The notes beneath the pieces are model-generated. The model saw only the letters and a program-made list of their open reading frames with translations. It had not been told where the DNA came from and made no database searches. A stretch of DNA of 64,000 nucleotides from the human T2T-CHM13v2.0 reference genome, Homo sapiens, in the NCBI RefSeq assembly GCF_009914755.1, contig NC_060933.1. One strand, written 5' to 3'. The translations under genes were made by a program, and so were the position numbers. Below are positions 15,701-30,689 of the stretch, in pieces; within the stretch, counting starts at the first letter, position 1, and each line of letters opens with the position of its first letter.

Positions 15701-16475
15701 CCATTCCATTGTATTCCATTCCGTTCCATTCCATTCCATTCCATTCCATTCTATTCAGGTTAATTCCATTCCATTCCATTCCATTCCATTCCATTCCAAT
15801 CGAGTTGATTCCATTCCATTCCATTCCATTCCACTACATTCCAGTCCTTTCCATTCCATTACACTCGGGTTGATTCCATTCTATTCCATTCTATTCCATT
15901 CCATTCCATTGCAATCGAGTTGATTCCATTGCTTTGCATTCCGTTCCATTCCATTCCATTCCGGATGATTCCATTCCATTGCATTCCATTCCATTCCATT
16001 CCCCTGCACTCGGGTTGATTCCATTCCATTCCACTCCATTCCTTTCCATTCCATTCCATTCCATTGTATTCGGGTTAATTCCATTCCATTCCATTCCATT
16101 CCATTCCATTCCAATACATTCCTTTACAATCGAGTTGATTCCATTCCATTCCATTCCATTCCATTCCACTCCAGTCCTTTCCATTCCATTCCACTCGGGT
16201 TGATTCCATTCTATTAGTTTCCATTCCATTCCATTCCCTTCCATTCCACTCTGGTTGATTCCATTCCTTTCCATTCCACTCGAATACATTCCCTCCTATT
16301 CCACTCGGAACGATTCCATTCCATTCCATTCCATTCCATTCCATTCCATTCCAGTTCGTTCCATTCCATTCTATTCCGTACCATTCCTTTCCATTCCATT
16401 CCTTTCCTCTCGTGTTGATTCCATTCCTTTCCATTCCATTCGGTTTGAAGGCATTCCATTCCATTCAATTCCATT
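12790..16475 (+). repeat. About 3.6-3.7 kb direct repeat, copy 1 (partner 17110-20690)
   Basis: Rare variants shared in the same order: ATTGGATTGCAATCG, CGGATGACTCC, CGGAATGATTCT (13539/17843), GCACTTAGGTTG (14417/18725), ATTCTTATTGAATCC, CTATTCAGGTTAA, CCAATACATTCCTTTAC (16111/20314). Matching ORF pairs are offset by 4314 to 4178 bp. Boundaries approximate. Confidence 0.85.
14691..15065 (+). repeat. 190/185-bp tandem duplication
   Basis: TCCACTCGGGTTGATTCCATTCTATTCCTTTCAATTCC...TCGAGTTGAATCC...GCACACGGGTTCATTCC starts at 14691 and at 14881. Confidence 0.9.
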
Positions 16476-17109
16476 CCATTCCATTCCATTCCATTCCATT
16501 CCATTCCCCTGTACTCGGGTTGATTCCAATCCATTCCATTCCAATCCATGCCATTCCACTCGTGTTGATTCCATTCTTTCCATTCCATTCAAGTTGAATC
16601 CATTCCATTGCATTCCATTCCATTCGATTCCATTCGATTGCACTCGGGTTGATTCCATTCCATTGCATTCCATTCCATTCCATTCCATTCCATTCCGTTC
16701 CATTCCATTCCATTACATTCGGATTGATTCTATTCAATTCCCTTACACTCCATTACATTCCATTCCATTCGGGTAGTTTCCATTCCATTCCATTCCATTC
16801 CTCTCCATTCCATTGAACTCGGGTTGATTCCATTCCATTGCATTCCATTCCATTCCATTCCATTCCATTCCGTTCCATTCCATTCCATTACATTCGGATT
16901 GATTCTATTCAACTCCCTTACTCTCCATTACATTCCGTTCCATTCGGGTTGTTCCATTCCATTCCATTCCATTCCACTCCATTCCATTGCACTCGGGTTG
17001 ATTCCATTCCATTCCATTCCATTCCATTCCATTCCATTCCGGAAGATTCCATTCCATTGCATTCCATTCCATTCCATTCCCCTGCACTCGCGTTGATTCC
17101 ATTCCATTC

Positions 17110-20100
17110 CATTTGATTCCATTCCATTCCATTCCATTCCATTCCGGAAGATTCCATTCCATTACATTCAATTCCATTCCATTCCCCTGCACTCGCGTTG
17201 ATTCCATTCCATTCCATTCCATTCCATTCCATTCCGTTCCGTTCCGTTCCATTCCATTCCATTCCATTCCATTCCATTCCATTCCGTTCCGTTCCATTCC
17301 ATTCCATTCCATTCTATTTGGGTTAATTCCATTCCATTCCATTGGATTGCAATCGAGTTGATTCCATTCCATTCCATTCCATTCCATTCCATTCCATTCC
17401 TTTCCATTCCATTACGGATGACTCCATTCCATTGCATTCCATTCCATTCCATTCCCCTGTACTCGGGTTGATTCCATTCCATTCCATTCCAATCCATGCC
17501 ATTCCACTCGTGTTGATTCCATTCTTTCCATTCCATTCAAGTTGAATCCATTCCATTGCATTGCATTCCATTCGATTCCATTCGATTGCACTCGGGTTCA
17601 TTCCATTCCATTCCATTCCATTCCATTCCATTCCATTCCATTCCGTTCCATTCCATTCCATTACATTCGGATTGATTCTATTCAATTCCCTTACACTCCA
17701 TTACATTCCATTCCATTCGGGTAGTTTCCATTCCATTCCATTCCATTCCTCTCCATTCCATTGCACTCGGGTTGATTCCATTCCATTGCATTCCATTCCA
17801 TTCCATTCAATTCCATTCCGTTCCATTCCATTCCATTACATTCGGAATGATTCTATTCAACTCCCTTACTCTCCATTACATTCCATTCCATTCGGGTTGT
17901 TCCATTCCATTCCATTCCATTCCACTCCATTCCATTGCACTCGGGTTGATTCCATTCCATTCCATTCCATTCCATTCCGGAAGATTCCATTCCATTGCAT
18001 TCCATTACATTCCATTACCCTGCACTCGCGTTGATTCCATTCCATTCCATTCCACTCCATTCCGTTCCATTCCATTCCTTTCCGTTCCATTCCATTCCAT
18101 TCCATTCCATTCCATTCCGTTCCGTTCCGTTCCGTTCCATTCCATTCCATTCTATTCGGGTTAATTCCATTCCATTCCATTCGATTGCAATCGAATTGAT
18201 TCCATTCCATTCCATTCCATTCCATTCCATTCCATTCCATTCCTTTACATTCCATTACGGATGATTCCATTCCATTGCATTCCATTCCATTCCATTCCCC
18301 TGTACTCGGGTTGATTCCATTCTATTCCATTCCAATCCATGCCATTCCACTCGTGTTGATTCCATTCTTTCCATTCCATTCAAGTTGAATCCATTCCATT
18401 GCATTCCATTCCATTCGATTCCATTCGATTGCACTCGGGTTGATTCCATGGCATTGCATTCCATTCCATTCCATTCCATTCCATTCCATTCCATTCCTTT
18501 CCATTCCATTCCATCGGATTCATTCTATTCAATTCCCTTACACTCCATTACATTCCATTCCATTCGTGTAGTTTCCATTCCATTCCATTCCATTCCTCTC
18601 CATTCCATTGCACTCGGGTTGATTCCATTCCATTCCATTCCATTCCATTCCATTCCATTCCATTCCATTCCATTCCATTCCGGATGATTCCATTCCATTG
18701 AATTCCATTCCATTCCACTCCCCTGCACTTAGGTTGATTCCATTCCATTCCATTCCATTCCTTTCTGTTCCATTCAATTCCATTCCATTCCATTCTATTC
18801 GTGTTAATTCCATTCCATTCTATTCCATTCCATTCCATTGAAATCGAGTTGATTCCATTCCATTCCATTCCATTCCATTCCATTCCGGATGATTCCATTC
18901 CATTGCATTCCATTCCATTCCATTCCCCTGCACTCAGGTTGATTCCATTCCATTCCATTCCATTACATTCCATTCCATTCCGTCCCATTTCATTCTATTC
19001 GGGTTAATTCCATTCCATTCCATTCCACTCCATTCCAGTCCTTTCCATTCCATTCCACTCGGGTTGATTCCATTCTATTCCTTTCAATTCCATTCCATTC
19101 CATTGCAATCGAGTTGATTCCATTCGAGTTGAATCCATTCCATTCCATTCCATTCCATTCCATTCCATTGCACACGGGTTCCTTCCATTCCATTCCATTC
19201 CATTCCGTTCCATTCCATTCCATTCCATTTCATTCCATTCCATTCTATTCCGTACCATTCCATTCCATCCCATTCCATTCTGTTCCATTCCATGCCATTA
19301 CACTCGGGTTGATTCCATTCCTTTCCATTCCATTCTTATTGAATCCATTCCATTCCAATCCATTCGAATCCATTCCATTGCACTCGGGTTGATTCCATTC
19401 CATTCCATTCCATTCCATTCCATTCCATTCCATTACATTCGGATTGATTCTATTCAATTCCCTTACACTCCATTACATTCCATTCCATTCGGGATGTTTC
19501 CATTCCATTCCATTCCATTCCACTCCATTCCATTGCATCAGGTTGATTGCATTCCATTCCATTCCATTCCATTCCGGATGATTCCATTCCATTGCATTCC
19601 ATTCCATTCCATTCCCCTGCACTCGGGTTGATTCCATTCCATTCCATTCCATTCCATTCCATGCCATTCCATTCCGTTCCATTCCATACCATTGCATTCT
19701 ATTCCGGTTAATTCCATTCCATTCCATTCGATTCCATTCCATTCCATTGCATTCCATTCCATTGCCATCGAGTTGATTCCATTCCATTCCATTCCATTCC
19801 GTTCCGGATGATTCCATTCCATTCCATTCCATTCCATTCCATTCCCCTGCAGTCGGGTTGATTCCATTCCATTCCATTCCATTCCATTCCATTCCATTCC
19901 ATGGCATTCCATTCCGTTCCATTCCATTCCATTCCATTCCATTCTATTCAGGTTAATTCCATTCCATTCCATTCCATTCCATTCCATTCCATTCCAATCG
20001 AGTTGATTCCATTCCATTCCATTCCATTCCACTACATTCCAGTCCTTTCCATTCCATTACACTCGGGTTGATTCCATTCTATTCCATTCTATTCCATTCC

Positions 20101-20690
20101 ATTCCATTGCAATCGAGTTGATTCCATTGCTTTGCATTCCATTCCATTCCATTCCATTCCGGATGATTCCATTCCATTGCATTCCATTCCATTCCATTCC
20201 CCTGCACTCGGGTTGATTCCATTCCATTCCACTCCATTCCTTTCCATTCCATTCCATTCCATTGTATTCGGGTTAATTCCATTCCATTCCATTCCTTTCC
20301 ATTCCATTCCATTCCAATACATTCCTTTACAATCGAGTTGATTCCATTCCATTCCATTCCATTCCATTCCACTCCAGTCCTTTCCATTCCATTCCACTCG
20401 GGTTGATTCCATTCTATTAGTTTCCATTCCATTCCATTCCCTTCCATTCCACTCTGGTTGATTCCATTCCTTTCCATTCCACTCGAATACATTCCCTCCT
20501 ATTGCACTCGGAACGATTCCATTCCATTCCATTCCATTCCATTCCATTCCATTCCATTCCATTCCAGTTCGTTCCATTCCATTCTATTCCGTACCATTCC
20601 TTTCCATTCCATTCCTTTCCACTCGTGTTGATTCCATTCCTTTCCATTCCATTCGGTTTGAAGGCATTCCATTCCATTCAATTCCATTCT
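17110..20690 (+). repeat. About 3.6-3.7 kb direct repeat, copy 2 (partner 12790-16475)
   Basis: Same diagnostic variants as copy 1. Similarity ends just after CGGTTTGAAGGC (16441/20654). Confidence 0.85.
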
Positions 20691-23600
20691 ATTCCATTCC
20701 ATTCCATTCCATTCCATTCTATTCCATTCCATTGCAATCGAGTTGAATCCATTGCCTTTCATTCCATTCCATTCCATTCCATTACATTCCGGAAGATTCC
20801 ATTCCATTGCATTCCATTCCATTCCATTCCCCTGCACTCGCGTTGATTCCATTCCATTCCATTCCATTCCATTCAATTCCATTCCATTCCATTCCTTTCT
20901 ATTCCATTACGGATGACTCCATTCCATTGCATTCCATTCCATTCCATTCCCCTGTACTCGGGTTGATTCCATTCCATTCCATTCCTCTCCATTCGGTTCC
21001 GTTGCATTCCATTCTATTGCATTCCATTCTATTCGGGTTAATTCCATTCCATTCTATTCCATTCCATTCCATTCCATTCCATTGCAATGGAGTTGATTCC
21101 ATTCCCTTCCATTCCATTCCGGATGATTCCATTCCATTGCATTCCATTCCATTCCATTCCCCTGCACTCGTGTTGATTCCATTCCCTTCCATTCCATTCC
21201 ATTCCGTTCCATTCCCTTCCTTTCCGTTCTATTCCGGTTAATTCCATTCCATTCCATTCCATTCCATTCCACTCCATTGCAATCGAGTTGATTCCATTCC
21301 ATTCCTTTCCATTCCATTCCATTGCCTTGCATTGCACTCGGGTTGATTCCATTCCTTTCTTCCCACTCCATTACATTCCCTTCCTTTCCACTCGGAATGA
21401 TTGATTCCATTCCATTCCATTCCATTTCATTCCATTGCAATCCATTCCAATCCATTCCGTTCCATTCCATTCCACTCGAGTTGACTTCATTCCATTCCTT
21501 TCCATTCCATTCCATTCCTTTCCACTCGAGTTGATTCCATTCCATTCCATTCCATTGCATTCCATTCCATGCCATTCCACTCGGGTTGATTCCATTCCTT
21601 TGAATTCCATTCCATTCCATTGCATTCCATTCCATTCCATTTCATTCCGTTGCATTCCATTCCATTACATTCGGATTGATTCTATTCAACTCCCTTACTG
21701 TCCATTACATTCCATTCCATTCGGCTTGTTCCATTCCATTCCATTCCATTCCACTCCATTCCATTGCACTCGGGTTGACTCCATTCCACTCCTTTCCATT
21801 CCATTCCATTCCTTTCCATTACAATTCGTTCCATTCCATTCTATTCCGTACCATTCCATTCCATTCCATACCATTCCATTCCATTCCATTCCATTCCATT
21901 CCATTCCATTCCATTCCGTTCCATTCCGTTCCATTCCATTCCATTCTATTCGGGTTAATTCCATTCCATTCCATTCCATTCCATTCTATTCCATTCCATT
22001 GCAATCGAGTTGAATCCATTGCATTTCATTCCATTCCATTCCATTCCATTCCATTCCGGAAGATTCCATTCCATTGCATTCCATTCCATTCCATTCCCCT
22101 GCACTCGCGTTGATTCCATTCCATTCCATTCCATTCCATTCCATTCCATTCCATTCCGTTCCGTTCCGTTCCGTTCCATTCCATTCCATTCCATTCCATT
22201 CCATTCCATTCCATTCCGTTCCGTTCCATTCCATTCCATCCCATTCTTTTCGGGTTAATTCCATTCCATTCCATTCGATTGCAATCGAGTTGATTCCATT
22301 CCATTCCATTCCATTCCATTCCATTCCATTCCTTTCCATTCCATTACGGATGATTCCATTCCATTGCATTCCATTCCATTCCATTCCCCTGTACTCGGGT
22401 TGATTCCATTCCATTGCATTCCAATCCATGCCCTTCCACTGGTGTTGATTCCATTCTTTCCATTCCATTCAAGTTGAATCCATTCCATTGCATTCCATTC
22501 CATTCGATTCCATTCGATTGCACTCGGGTTGATTCCATTCCATTGCATTCCATTCCATTCCATTCCATTCCATTACATTCGGATTGATTCTATTCAATTC
22601 CCTTACACTCCATTACATTCCATTCCATTCGGGTAGTTTCCATTCCATTCCATTCCATTCCTCTCCATTCCATTGCACTCGGGTTGATTCCATTCCATTG
22701 CATTCCATTCCATTCCATTCAATTCCATTCCGTTCCATTCCATTCCATTACATTCGGATTGATTCTATTCAACTCCCTTACTCTCCATTACATTCCATTC
22801 CATTCGGGCTCTTCCATTCCATTCCATTCCATTCCACTCCATTCCATTGCACTCGGGTTTATTCCATTCCATTCCATTCCATTCCATTCCATTCCATTCC
22901 GGAAGATTCCATTCCATTGCATTCCATTCCATTCCATTCCCCTGCACTCGGGTTGATTCCATTCCATTCCACTCCATTCCGTTCCATTCCATTCCATTCC
23001 ATTGTATTCGGGGTAATTCCATTCCATTCCATTCCATTCCATTCCATTCCATTCCATTCCATTACAATCGAGTTGATTCCATTCCATTCCATTCCATTCC
23101 AGTCCTTTCCATTCCATTCCACTCGGGTTGATTCCATTCTATTAGTTTCCATTCCATTCCATTCCCTTCCATTCCACTCTGGTTGATTCCATTCCTTTCC
23201 ATTCCACTCGAATAAATTCCCTCCTATTCCACTCGGAACGATTCCATTCCATTCCATTCCATTCCATTCCATTCCATTCCATTCCATTCCATTTCCTTCC
23301 ATTCCATTCTATTCCGTATCATTCCATTCCATTCCATTCCATTCCACTCGTGTTGATTCCATTCCTTTCCATTCCATTCGGTTTGAAGGCATTCCATTCC
23401 ATTCCATTCCATTCCATTCCATTCCATTCCATTCCATTCCATTGTACTCTGGTTGATTGCATTCCATTGCATTCCATTCCATTCCATTCCGTTGCATTCC
23501 ATTCCATTACATTCGGATTGATTCTATTCAACTCAATTACATTCCATTACATTCCATTCCATTCGGGTTGTTCCATTCCATTCCATTTCATTCCACTCCA

Positions 23601-26600
23601 TTCCATTGCACTCGGGTTGATTCCATTCCATTCCATTCCATTCCATTCCATTCCATTCCATTCCGGATGATTCCATTCCATTGCATTCCGTTCCATTACA
23701 TTCCCCTGCACTCGCGTTGATTCCATTCCATTCCATTCAATTCCATTAAATTACAATTCGTTACATTCCATTCTATTCCGTACCATTCCATTCCATTCCA
23801 TTCCATTCGGTTCCATTCCGTTCCATTGCATTCCATTCCATTCTATTCGGGTTCATTCTATTCCATTCCATTCCGTTCCATTCTATTCCATTCCATTGCA
23901 ATCGAGTTGAATTCATTGCGTTTCATTCCATTCCATTCCATTCCATTCCATTCCATTCCATTCCGGAAGATTCCATTCCATTGCATTCCATTCCATTCCA
24001 TTCCCCTGCACTCGCGTTGATTCCATTCCATTCCATTCCATTCCATTCCATTCCGTTCCGTTCCATTCCATTCCATTCCATTCCATTCCATTCCGTTCCT
24101 TTCCATTCCATTCCATTCCATTCTATTCGGGTTAATTCCATTCCATTCCATTCGATTGCAATCGAGTTGATTCCATTCCATTGCATTCCATTCCATTCGA
24201 TTCCATTCGATTGCACTCGGGTTGATTCCATTCCATTGCATTCAATTCCATTCCATTCCATTCCATTCCTTTCTGTTCCATTCCATTCCATTCCATTTCA
24301 TTCTATTCGTGTTAATTCCGTTCCATTCTACTCCATTCCATTCCATTGAAATCGAGTTGTTTCCATTCCATTCAATTCCATTCCATTCCATTCCATTCCA
24401 TTCCATTCCGGATGATTTCATTCCATTGTATTCCATTCCATTCCATTCCCCTGCACTCGGGTTGATTCCATTTCATTCCATTCCATTACATTCCATTCCA
24501 TTCCGTTCCATTTCATTCTATTCGGGTTAATTCCATTCCATTCCATTCCACTCCATTCCAGTCCTTTCCTTTCCATTCCACTCGGGTTGATTCCATTCTA
24601 TTCCTTTTAATTCCATTCCATTCCATTGCAATCGAGTGGATTCCATTCGAGTTGAATCCATTCCATTCCATTCCATTCCATTCCATTGCACACGGGTTCA
24701 TTCCATTCCATTCCATTCCATTCCATTCCATTCCATTCCATTCTATTCCATTTCATTCCATTCCGTTCTATTCCGTACCATTCCATTCCATCCCATTCCA
24801 TTCCGTTCCATTCCATGCCATTACACTCGGGTTGATTCCATTCCTTTCCATTCCATTCTTGTTGAATCCATTCCATTCCATTCCATTCCATTCCATTCGA
24901 ATCCATTCCATTGCACTCGGGTTGATTCCATTACATTCCATTCCATTCCATTTCATTCCATTCCATTCCATTACATTCGGATTGATTCTATTCAATTCCC
25001 TTACACTCCATTACATTCCATTCCATTCAAGATGTTTCCATTCCATTCCATTCCATTCCACTCCATTCCATTGCATCAGGTTGATTGCATTCCATTCCAT
25101 TCCATTCCATTCCGGATGATTCCATTCCATTGCATTCCATTCCATTCCATTCCATTCCGTTCCGGATGATTCCATTCCATTCCATTCCATTCCATTCCAT
25201 TCCCCTGCAGTCGGGTTGATTCCATTCCATTCCATTCCATTCCATTCCATTCCATTCCATTCCGTTCAATTCCATTCCATTCCATTCTATTCGGGTTAAT
25301 TCCATTCCATTCCATTCCATTCCATTCTGTTCGGGTTAATTCCATTCCATTCCATTCCATTCCATTCCATTCCATTCTATTCCATTCCATTGCAATCGAG
25401 TTGAATCCATTGCATTTCATTCCATTCCATTCCATTCCATTCCATTCCATTCCATTCCATTCCGGAAGATTCCATTCCATTGCATTCCATTCCATTCCAT
25501 TCCCCTGCACTCGCGTTGATTCCATTCCATTCCATTCCATTCCGTTCCGTTCCGTTCCGTTCCGTTCCGTACCATTCCATTCCATTCCATTCCATTCCGT
25601 TCCGTTCCATTCCATTCCATTCCTTTCTATTCGGGTTAATTCCATTCCATTCCATTCGATTGCAATCGTGTTGATTCCATTCCATTCCATTCCATTCCAT
25701 TCCATTCCATTCCATTCCTTTCCATTCCATTACGGATGATTCCATTCCATTGCATTCCATTCCATTCCATTCCCCTGTACTCGGGTTGATTCCATTCCAT
25801 TCCATTCCAATCCATGCCATTCCACTCGTGTTGATTCCATTCTTTCCATTCCGTTCAAGTTGAATCCATTCCATTGCATTATATTCCATTCGATTCCATT
25901 CGATTTCACTCGGGTTGATTCCATTCCATTGCATTCCATTCCATTCCATTCCATTCCATTCCGTTCCATTCCATTCCATTACATTCGGATTGATTCTATT
26001 CAACTCCCTTACTCTCCATTACATTCCATTCCATTCGGGTTGTTCCATTCCATTCCATTCCATTCCACTCCATTCCATTGGACTCGGGTTGATTCCATTC
26101 CATTCCATTCCATTCCATTCCATTCCATTCCGGAAGATTCCATTCCATTGCATTCCATTCCATTCCATTCCCCTGCACTCGCGTTGATTCCATTCTATTC
26201 CATTCTATTCCATTCCATTCCCTTCCTTTCCGTTCCATTCCGTTCCATTCCGTTCAGTTCCGTTCCACTCCATTCCATTCCATTCTATTCGGGTTAATTC
26301 CATTCCATTCCATTCGATTGCAATCGAGTTGATTCCATTCCATTCCATTTCATTCCATTCCATTCCATTCCATTCCATTCCATTCCTTTCCATTCCATTA
26401 CGGATGATTCCATTCCATTGCATTCCATTCCATTCCATTCCCCTGTACTCGGGTTGATTCCATTCCATTCCATTCCAATCCATGCCCTTCCACTCGTGTT
26501 GATTCCATTCTTTCCATTCCATTCTAGTTGAATCCATTCCATTGCATTCCATTCCATTCGATTCCATTCGATTGCACTCGGGTTGATTCCATTCCATTGC

Positions 26601-29600
26601 ATTCCATTCCATTCCATTCCATTCCATTCCATTCCATTCCGTTCCATTGCATTCCATTACATTCGGATTGATTCTATTCAACTCCCTTACTCTCCATTAC
26701 ATTCCATTCCATTCGGGTTGTTCCATTCCATTCCATTCCATTCGACTCCATTCCATTGCACTCGGGTTGATTCCATTACATTCCATTCCATTCCGGAAGA
26801 TTCCATTCCATTGCATTCCATTACATTCCATTCCCCTGCACTCGCGTTGATTCCATTCCTTTCCATTCCATTCCATTCCATTCCATTCCATTCCGTTCCG
26901 TTCCATTCCATTCCATTCCATTCCATTCCATTCCATTCCGTTCCGTTCCATTCCATTCCATTCCATTCCATTCCATTCCATTCCTTTCCATTCCATTACG
27001 GATGATTCCATTCCATTGCATTCCATTCCATTCCATTCCCCTGTACTCGGGTTGATTCCATTCGATTGCATTCCAATCCATGCCCTTCCACTCGTGTTGA
27101 TTCCATTCTTTCCATTCCATTCAAGTTGTATCCATTCCATTGCATTCTATTCCATTCGATTCCATTCGATTGCACTCGGGTTGATTCCATTCCATTGCAT
27201 TCCATTCCATTCCATTCCATTCCATTCCATTCCGTTCCTTTCCATTCTATTACATTCGGATTGATTCTATTCAATTCCCTTACACTCCATTAAGTTCCAT
27301 TCCATTCGGGTAGTTTCCATTCCATTCCATTCCATTCCTCTCCATTCCATTGCACTCGGGTTGATTCCATTCCATTGCATTCCATTCCATTCCATTCAAT
27401 TCCATTCCGTTCCACTCCATTCCATTACATTCGGATTGATTCTATTCAACTCCCTTAGTCCCCATTACATTTCATTCCATTCGGGTTGTTCCATTCCATT
27501 CCATTCCATTCCACTCCATTCCATTGCACTCGGGTTTATTCCATTCCATTCTATTCCATTCCATTCCATTCCATTCCATTCCGGAAGATTCCATTCCATT
27601 GCATTCCATTCCATTCCATTCCCCTGCACTCGCGTTGATTCCATTCCATTCCATTCGATTCCATTCCATTCCTTTCGTTTCCGTTCCATTCCATTCCATT
27701 CCATTCCATTCCATTCCATTCCGTTCCGTTCCGTTCCGTTCCATTCCATTCCATTCCATTCTATTCGGGTTAATTCCATTCCATTCCATTCGATTGCAAT
27801 CGAGTCGATTCCATTCCATTCCATTCCATTCCATTCCATTCCATTCCTTTCCATTCCATTACGGATGATTCCATTCCATTGCATTCCATTCCATTCCATT
27901 CCCCTGTACTCGGGTTGATTCCATTCCATTCCATTCCAATGCATGCCATTCCACTCGTGTTGATTCCATTCTTTCCATTCCATTCAAGTTGAATCCATTC
28001 CATTGCATTCCATTCCATTCCATTCCCCTGCAGTCGGGTTGATTCCATTCCATTCCATTCCATTCCATTCCATTCCGTTCCGTTCCATTCCATTCCATTC
28101 CTTTCTATTCGGGTTAATTCCATTCCATTCCATTCCATTCCATTCCATTCCATTCCAATCAAGTTGATTCCATTCCATTCCATTCCATTCCATTCCATTC
28201 CATTCCACTCCATTCCAGTCCTTTCCATTCCATTCCACTCGGGTTGATTCCAATGTATTCCTTTCCATTCCATTCCATTCCATTGCAATCGAGTTGATTC
28301 CATTGCTTTGCATTCCATTCCATTCCATTCCATTCCGGATGATTCCATTCCATTGCATTGCATTCCATTCCATTCCCCTGCACTCGGGTTGATACCATTC
28401 CATTCCACTCCATTCCGTTCCATTCCATTCCATTCCATTGTATTCGGGTTAATTCCATTCCATTCCATTCCATTCCATTCCATTCCATTCCATTCCATTC
28501 CATTACAATCGAGTTTATTCCATTCCATTCCATTCCATTCCAGTCCTTTCCATTCCATTCCACTCGGGTTGATTCCATTCTATTAGTTTCCATTCCATTC
28601 CATTCCCTTCCATTCCACTCTGGTTGATTCCATTCCTTTCCATTCCACTCGAATACATTCCCTCCTATTCCACTCGGAACGATTCCATTCCATTCCATTC
28701 CATTCCATTCCAATCCATTCCATTCCATTTCGTTCCATTCCATTCCATTCCGTATCATTCCATTCCATTCCATTCCATTCCATTCCATTCCATTCCATTG
28801 TACTCGGGTTGATTCCATTCCATTTCATTCCATTCCATTCCATTCCATTCCATTCCATTCCGTTGCATTCCATTCCATTACATTCGGATTGATTCTATTC
28901 AACTCCCTTACTCTCCATTACATTCCATTCCATTCGGGTTGTTCCATTCCATTCCATTCCATTCCACTCCATTCCATTGCACTCGGGTTGATTCCATTCC
29001 TTTCCATTCCATTCCTTTCCATTCCGGATGATTACTTTCCATTGCATTCCGTTCCATTACATTCCCCTGCACTCGCGTTGATTCCATTCCATTCCATTCC
29101 ATTCCATTCCATTCCATTCGATTACAATTCGTTCCATTCTATTCTATTCCGTACCATTCCATTCCATTCCATGCCATTCCATTCCATTCCACTCCATTCC
29201 ATTCCGTTCCATTCCGTTCCATTCCATTCCATTCCATTCTATTCGGATTAATTCCATTCCATTCCATTCCATTCCATTCCATTCTATTCCACTCCATTGC
29301 AATCGAGTTGAATCCATTGCATTTCATTCCATTCCATTCCATTCCATTCCATTCCATTCCATTCCATTCCGGAAGTTTCCATTCCATTGCATTCCATTCC
29401 ATTCCATTCCCCTGCACTCGCGTTGATTCCATTCCATTCCATTCCATTCCATTCCATTCCGTTCCCTTCCATTCCATTCCATTCCATTCCGTTCCGTTCC
29501 ATTCCATTCCATTCCATTCTATTCGGGTTAATTCCATTCCATTCCATTCGATTGCAATCGAGTTGATTCCATTCCATTCCATTCCATTCCATTCCATTCC

Positions 29601-30015
29601 ATTCCATTCCTTTCCATTCCATTACGGATGATTCCATTCCATTGCATTCCATTCCATTCCATTCCCCTGTACTCGGGTTGATTCCATTCCATTCCATTCC
29701 AATCCATGCCATTCCACTCGTGTTGATTCCATTCTTTCCATTCCATTCAAGTTGAATCCATTCCATTACATTCCATTCAATTTGATTCCATTCGATTGCA
29801 CTCGGGTTGATTCCATTCCATTGCATTCCATTCCATTCAATTCCATTCCATTCCATTCCATTCCAATCCATTCCATTCCATTCCATTCCATTACATTACA
29901 TTCGGATTGATTGTATTCAATTCCCTTACAGTGCATTACATTCCATTCCATTCGGGTAGTTTCCATTCCATTCCATTCCATTCCTCTCCATTCCATTGCA
30001 CTCGGGTTGATTCCA

Positions 30016-30165
30016 TTCCATTGCATTCCATTCCATTCCTTTCAATTCCATTCCGTTCCATTCAATTCCATTACATTCGGATTGATTCTATTCCATTGCA
30101 TTCCATTCCATTCCTTTCAATTCCATTCCGTTCCATTCAATTCCATTACATTCGGATTGATTCTA
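30016..30165 (+). repeat. 75-bp tandem duplication
   Basis: TTCCATTGCATTCCATTCCATTCCTTTCAATTCCATTCCGTTCCATTCAATTCCATTACATTCGGATTGATTCTA at 30016 and 30091. Confidence 0.9.
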
Positions 30166-30689
30166 TTCAACTCCCTTACTCTCCATTCCATTCCATTCCA
30201 TTCAGGTTGTTCCATTCCATTCCATTCCATTCCACTCCATTCCATTGCACTCGGGTTGATTCCATTCCATTCCATTCCATTCCATTCCATTGCATTACAT
30301 TTGAGTTGATTCCATTCCATTCCATTCCAATCCATTCCAGTCCTTTCCATTCCATTCCACTCGGGTTGATTCCATTCTATTAGTTTCCATTCCATTCCAT
30401 TGCCTTCCATTCCACTCTGGTTGATTCCATTCCTTTCCATTCCACTCGAATACATTCCCTCCTATTCCACTCGGAACGATTCCATTCTATTCCATTCCAT
30501 TCCATTCCATTCCATTCCATTCCATTTCTTTCCATTCCATTCTATTCCGTATCATTCCATTCCATTCCATTCCATTCCATTCCATTCCATTCCATTCCAT
30601 TCCATTGTACTCGGGTTGATTCCATTCCATTGCATTCCATTCCATTCCATTCCATTCCATTCCATTCCATTCCATTCCATTCCGTTCCA

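Noticed and set aside
23211-23216. AATAAA on the + strand
   Set aside because: A single C>A variant of the module G sequence AATACA, with no supporting context.
25286-25365. 40-bp doubling of CT(A/G)TTCGGGTTAA
   Set aside because: Probably a small duplication or a junction between two module paths; it adds nothing beyond the other short duplications listed.
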